A program made the position numbers and the translations under genes. A stretch of DNA of 63,953 bases, counting the filler. It is 4 parts of 4 records of this genome, joined end to end, with 100 filler letters (N's around TTAATTAATTAA, not from the genome) between each part and the next. Parts side by side here need not be neighbours in the genome. Positions count along the whole stretch, not along the records: positions 48,363 to 63,953 come from SRR31156797_7304; 3 more parts are not named here. One strand, written 5' to 3'. Each line of letters begins with the position of its first letter. Positions within the stretch are counted from its first letter, which is position 1. Positions 59,607 to 63,953 of this stretch are shown piece by piece. A model generated the notes under the pieces. The model made no database searches and was not told the origin of the DNA. It was given only the letters and a program-made list of their open reading frames with translations.

Positions 59607-60596
59607 CTACGGGGCATAGCTCGCGAAAAGGTCACGGATCTTGCCGGCGAGTTCGTCACCGCAAGCCTTGTTGACCTCGGTTTCGTCCCACTTTTTCTGG
59701 ACGCTGTTGATCAAGCTCATGCGCTCGTCCTGGGAAATCGATACGGCGGCTCCGCCACCCTTCATCACGGCATTGCCGACGCGTTCGTCGATCCAGGCTT
59801 CGTAGCGGGGCTTGAGCCAGATTTCGGAATCGCTGCCCGCTTTTAGAACGGCCTTCTGGTCGGCAGCGCTTAACTTGTCGAACTTGGTCTTGTTCATCAT
59901 GTACTGGATGTTGCCGTAGAAGAGATTAGCGTTGACCATGTATGGCATGACCCCCCAAAGCTTCCAGGAACTGTAGGTGGCAACACCCATATTGATGCCG
60001 TCGACGACGCCCCGTTCGGCCGATTGGAAAACTTCCTTCGGCGCGATAAACACCGGGCTGCCGCCCCAGGTCTCGATCATCAAGCTGACCAGCGGGCCGA
60101 TACTCCGCACGAGGCGGCCATCAAGCTTTCCGAGCCCTTCGACCGGCCCCTTGAACCACCATTCCTGATCGTAGGAATAGTTCGAATTGATGACGTTGAT
60201 CAATTTGACCGACGCCGCTTCGGCGGCCAGAAGTTCGGTGAATTTGGCATCGAGTTCGATCTGCTTTTCGAGATCGATGGCGACGGGATAAAGCGAAGTC
60301 ACCCGATAGCAGGGCAGGCGTTTGTCGGCAGGGATCCAACTGATGTCGGAGACGCCGCCCTGGATGGCGTCGACGCCCTCGCTCCAACCGTGAAGCGTTG
60401 CCGATGGGAAGATTTCGACCTTGACCCGCCCTTCGGTGTTTTTCGCGACCTCGTCGGCGAAAAATTTAAACCCCTGATAGCGGATGTCGATCTCGTTGAC
60501 ATAGGTCGACAGACGAATGGTTTCGACGGCGGCGGCGGATGTTGCCACGGAGGCAACCGCGATCGCACCGGCGGCAAGAGACAAGATTTTTTTCAT
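59607..60596 (-). CDS. dctP: TRAP solute-binding protein
   Basis: Signal peptide; T.GRVKVEIFP, G.LVRS, ERGVVDG, F.KLS..DQ. Confidence 0.9.
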   Translation of the reverse strand: MKKILSLAAGAIAVASVATSAAAVETIRLSTYVNEIDIRYQGFKFFADEVAKNTEGRVKVEIFPSATLHGWSEGVDAIQGGVSDISWIPADKRLPCYRVTSLYPVAIDLEKQIELDAKFTELLAAEAASVKLINVINSNYSYDQEWWFKGPVEGLGKLDGRLVRSIGPLVSLMIETWGGSPVFIAPKEVFQSAERGVVDGINMGVATYSSWKLWGVMPYMVNANLFYGNIQYMMNKTKFDKLSAADQKAVLKAGSDSEIWLKPRYEAWIDERVGNAVMKGGGAAVSISQDERMSLINSVQKKWDETEVNKACGDELAGKIRDLFASYAP

Positions 60597-60802
60597 TTAT
60601 CTGCTCCAATAGGCAAAAGTGCGTAATTCCTGGACATCCCCCTGGTCATCACCTTCCGGTAAAATCCAGGACGGAATTGACTGAATCGTGACGAATCGCA
60701 TCAAAAAAACGGTACCGAAAAGGCGTTTTCACATCCAATTCAATCGCGGCACAAAACTATTCCGACTTGTCATAGTTTGGATCGGATGGCTCCGAGTCTC
60801 CC

Positions 60803-61714
60803 CTAGCCCGTTGATTTCCCAGCCAACAGCGTTTCCCAAACCTCGGCCGCCTTCGGCCTGTCCGGGGAAAAAGACCGATACACGCGAACCGCCATGTCGA
60901 TGTCCCAAACCGGATCACCGCTTCGGATCAGTCGTTTCGTTTCCAATTCCGTGAGAATCGTGCTTTCCGGCAACCAGGCCAACCCGAGGCCTTCGATCGC
61001 CGCCATTTTCAAGGCCTCGGCCAGGGAGTTCTCGTAATATGTGGTGAGAATGCAGGGCGTCGATGCGCTTTGAAGCAGGTTTCCGACCAATTTGCCGAGA
61101 AAGGCGTCGGAGGCGTATACGAGATGCGGGATCGGCGAAACCTGCCGCCCGGGTAGATAGTATTTCGGCTTCCCGCGGTCGTCGGCGGCAGACACCGGAA
61201 TGAGGCGGTCGGTGCCGATTTCGATGAACTCAAAATGTTCCGGTTCAAGCTGAACCGGTTCGTCGGGATGCCAGTAGCAGAACAGGAAATCACGGTCGCC
61301 GCGAACCAGGGCGTCGACGCAATCGTGCATGTTGTCGGCGAATAGTCGGGTCGAAATCGGACCGACCATGCGCTCGAGGTTTTTAATCCATTTCGGGAAG
61401 AAGGTCAGCGCCAGGGTATGCACGGCGCTGACATTGAGGATGTATTGTTCCTGCCTTTTGCGGTTCTGGAAATCCTCGCGTAACTGGTAGAGGGAGTGAA
61501 TGGTCTCCCACGCTGTTTCGAAGAAAAAATCGCCATCCCGGGTCAGCTTGGTGGGATAGGTGCTGCGGTCAACCAGTTGCGTGCCCAACCAGTCTTCGAG
61601 GGCCTTGATGCGACGGCTGAATCCCGATTGGGTGATATGCCGCTCCTGGGCCGATTTGGAAAAGCTCTTGGTCCTGGCCAAACTCAAGAAATCTTCGATC
61701 AGCTTGAAGTCCAT
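60803..61714 (-). CDS. LysR-family transcriptional regulator
   Basis: SFSKSA..RHITQSGFSRRIKALE..LG..LVDR HTH; GLGLAWLP. Confidence 0.95.
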   Translation of the reverse strand: MDFKLIEDFLSLARTKSFSKSAQERHITQSGFSRRIKALEDWLGTQLVDRSTYPTKLTRDGDFFFETAWETIHSLYQLREDFQNRKRQEQYILNVSAVHTLALTFFPKWIKNLERMVGPISTRLFADNMHDCVDALVRGDRDFLFCYWHPDEPVQLEPEHFEFIEIGTDRLIPVSAADDRGKPKYYLPGRQVSPIPHLVYASDAFLGKLVGNLLQSASTPCILTTYYENSLAEALKMAAIEGLGLAWLPESTILTELETKRLIRSGDPVWDIDMAVRVYRSFSPDRPKAAEVWETLLAGKSTG

Positions 61715-61740
61715 TTTTCAGACCTCCTGAATTCCCCGTT

Positions 61741-63153
61741 TCAAACCGGCGCCATCGACGTGCACCCAGTTTCCCGTTCGTAGGCGCGGGCAATTCGGAA
61801 CAGGCTGGTTTCGTCGAAAGCCCGTCCAACCAGTTGAAATCCGCAGGGAAGCCCGTTTTTCGTAAATCCTCCCGGGACCGACAGGGCCGGCAAGCCGAGG
61901 TAATTGAACGGCCGCGTGCAATGGGTCAGGTTCATAACGAATTCCGAAAATCCCGGATTGGCTTCGAGATCGGACTCGGCGATGGTTGGGATCGGATAAG
62001 GCCAGACCGGCGCGTGCAACATATCGGCCTTTGAAAAAACAGCGTCACTGAACCGAGCCAAGAACTCCTGGCGGTACGATAGCGCCTCGACATAGCGGAC
62101 GGCCGGATAGAACAACCCCGCCTGGACCCGTCCCAGCGTCTGAGAGCCATAATCGTCGGGACGCTCGCGAATCCATCGATCATGATACGCTGCGGCCTCG
62201 ACTGCGATGATGAGGGTTACAAGCGGATTCGCTCGCTCGATTTCCGGTAACTCCACCGGGACGATTTCAGCACCCAGTTTTTCGAAAACCTGGATGGATT
62301 CCTCCATCACCTCGATGACATCTTCATGCAGGGGATCATAGAAATAGTTCGTGGGCACGGCGATCCGACACCCTTTCACACCGCTTTCCATGTCGATGCG
62401 GTAATCGGAAACGGGGTTGCGGCTGCTGGTCGGGTCGCGCGGATCGTATCCGGAAATGATCTGTAGCATGAGCGCACAATCCTCAACCGTGCGGGTCAGG
62501 GGTCCAACGTGATCAAGACTGAAGGAAAGCGGCATGGCGCCATACCGGCTGACCCGGCCATAGGTCGGTTTGATGCCGGTCAGCCCGCAGGCCGCAGCCG
62601 GCAGGCGAATGGACCCGCCCGTATCCGATCCCAAGGCGGCAAATACCATGCGACCGGAAACGGCCGCAGCCGGACCGCTGGAGGAGCCGCCGGTCAGGAA
62701 ATCCGGGTTCCAGGGATTCGACGGCGTTCCGGTAATTTCGTTGTGCCCCGACGGCCCAACCGCAAATTCGACCATGTTGAGGCGAGCGATATCGAGAGCG
62801 CCCGCGGCGTCGAGGCGCGCAAGGGCGGTGGACGTCGTATCGGCAACGAAATCGGCACGAATGCGAGAACCGCAAGCCGAAATCCGGCCGGCCCGGTAAT
62901 ACATATCCTTGTGCGCGAGAGGGACACCGTGCAGCGGTCCACGGATTCGACCGGCGGCGAGGTCACCGTCGGCTGCGCGCGCCGCGGCGCGCGCCTGATC
63001 CGGGTCCAACCCGGCAACGGCATTGAGGGCGCGCCCCCGCGTTTCCAAGGCCCGGATCGCCGCTTCGGTAATCTCCAACGATGAAATCTCGCGGTCTTTT
63101 ATGGCTTCAGCGATCTCCACCAGGCTCAGATCGAGGGGATTTTCAATTTTCAT
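61741..63153 (-). CDS. Amidase-signature enzyme (GatA/AtzE-like)
   Basis: GPLHGVP.AHKD, GGSSSG, GSDTGGSIR.PA (Lys-cisSer-Ser triad); start could be 63153, 63162 or 63171. Confidence 0.93.
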   Translation of the reverse strand: MKIENPLDLSLVEIAEAIKDREISSLEITEAAIRALETRGRALNAVAGLDPDQARAAARAADGDLAAGRIRGPLHGVPLAHKDMYYRAGRISACGSRIRADFVADTTSTALARLDAAGALDIARLNMVEFAVGPSGHNEITGTPSNPWNPDFLTGGSSSGPAAAVSGRMVFAALGSDTGGSIRLPAAACGLTGIKPTYGRVSRYGAMPLSFSLDHVGPLTRTVEDCALMLQIISGYDPRDPTSSRNPVSDYRIDMESGVKGCRIAVPTNYFYDPLHEDVIEVMEESIQVFEKLGAEIVPVELPEIERANPLVTLIIAVEAAAYHDRWIRERPDDYGSQTLGRVQAGLFYPAVRYVEALSYRQEFLARFSDAVFSKADMLHAPVWPYPIPTIAESDLEANPGFSEFVMNLTHCTRPFNYLGLPALSVPGGFTKNGLPCGFQLVGRAFDETSLFRIARAYERETGCTSMAPV

Positions 63154-63364
63154 CTCTCTCATCCCCGCCATCGGTTTTGTCCAACTCGGTCAAGAACCCT
63201 GCAGGCTCGGATCCGAACGCCAATTTATCGACGATATATTCCGACAGGCCGCTGACACGGGCAGATGACGCACCGATATCGGCCAGGGCGCGGTCTTTTT
63301 TAAGTTCGATGTTCTGGAATTGCCGTATCCAAACCAAAACACCGTCCAGTTGTTCTTCTTTCAC
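63143..63364 (-). CDS. Small protein overlapping the amidase start, possible AtzG/GatC-like accessory subunit
   Basis: 73 aa; AGGGG RBS before GTG; C-terminal L.FGSEPAGF; overlaps the amidase start. Confidence 0.6.
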   Translation of the reverse strand: MKEEQLDGVLVWIRQFQNIELKKDRALADIGASSARVSGLSEYIVDKLAFGSEPAGFLTELDKTDGGDERDEN

Positions 63365-63591
63365 CGGATATCCCCTGAAATGTTACAAGTTCAAACACGA
63401 TCATAGGGGGGGGATGATTGGCCCGTCGACCACAATCCACCGTACAGGGCGATTGAAGACAGTCCTTATCATGCCCCAATCCCAGACGTAGGAAGCGGAG
63501 CCCCGGATGATCGGACCGACCATGACCCGACGGTCAAGCACAAATCCGAATTCCGGACAAAAGGTCAGGTGGCGGCGCGCCCCGACGCCCG

Positions 63592-63951
63592 TCAGTTCGA
63601 TAGACGCGAGATTGCGTTTTCGGTGCTTTTGCCGTCCCCCAAGCCACGTTTGCGCTGTTTCCAGGCGAACCAGGCAGCGCCGCCGATCAGGACGACGTTG
63701 ATCGCCAGCAGGGCCGCGGAAACCGGCCTTTCCAGGAAAATCCAGTAGCCGTCCTGGGAAATCAGCAGCGAGCGGCGCAGGTTGTTTTCCAGCAACGGCC
63801 CGAGGATGACGCCGATGACGATCGGCGACAGAGGGTAATCGGCAGCGCGAAAGAGAATGCCGATGAGGCCGAATCCAAGCATCACCCAGAGATCGAAGAC
63901 GGACGCCTGGAGGGCGAAGGTGCCGATGGCGCACAACAGCAGAACGGTCGG
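63592..63951 (-). CDS. tctA: Tripartite tricarboxylate transporter permease TctA, C-terminal fragment
   Basis: FG.IG.....DYP.SP.VIG.ILGP.LE.NLRRSL..S...W.F..RP; frame open to the window edge. Confidence 0.85.
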   Translation of the reverse strand, partial: PTVLLLCAIGTFALQASVFDLWVMLGFGLIGILFRAADYPLSPIVIGVILGPLLENNLRRSLLISQDGYWIFLERPVSAALLAINVVLIGGAAWFAWKQRKRGLGDGKSTENAISRLSN

Positions 63952-63953
63952 GA

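Noticed and set aside
61741-63364. gatCA of the tRNA-dependent amidotransferase
   Set aside because: No gatB follows, and the context (LysR, TRAP, TTT) is catabolic

Overview
The window is not one locus. It is four unrelated contig fragments joined by identical artificial 100-nt spacers (N44-TTAATTAATTAA-N44 at 12867-12966, 32160-32259 and 48263-48362). Taxonomic labels below are inferred from gene content and style only. (1) 1-12866, Desulfobacteraceae-like signalling region: sigma54 activator, PocR/PAS/GAF kinase, a putative UAS-IHF-sigma54 promoter, MCP, an Hpt-less CheA with a damaged G2 box, an EB_dh/DOMON protein with a HAMP kinase, and a polysaccharide deacetylase. (2) 12967-32159, Methanosarcinaceae-like archaeon: a surface protease/antiprotease cluster, a DUF4231/SLATT gene, mutS-MFS-mutL with a duplicated 26-bp upstream element, and cbiD-cbiE-cbiM. 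(3) 32260-48262, Vibrio-like: nitrate/nitrite ABC transporter, nirBD, RND pump, bioA/bioBFCD and htpX, ending in a probable repeat terminus. (4) 48363-63953, high-GC alphaproteobacterium: glycan-modification-like genes, sugar-type ABC with LacI and a phosphodiesterase, TRAP, LysR, amidase with a small partner, and tctA. The best candidate for a new system is 14143-21011. It has three parts: a secreted S1 protease interrupted by one in-frame TAA; a PGF-CTERM-anchored HEAT-repeat protein whose C-terminal domain looks like a free-standing paralog of that protease's propeptide; and a lipoprotein thioester protein with animal A2M/CD109/C3-type motifs, including GCGEQ and a C3-like catalytic-His motif (VIHQDMMGG).
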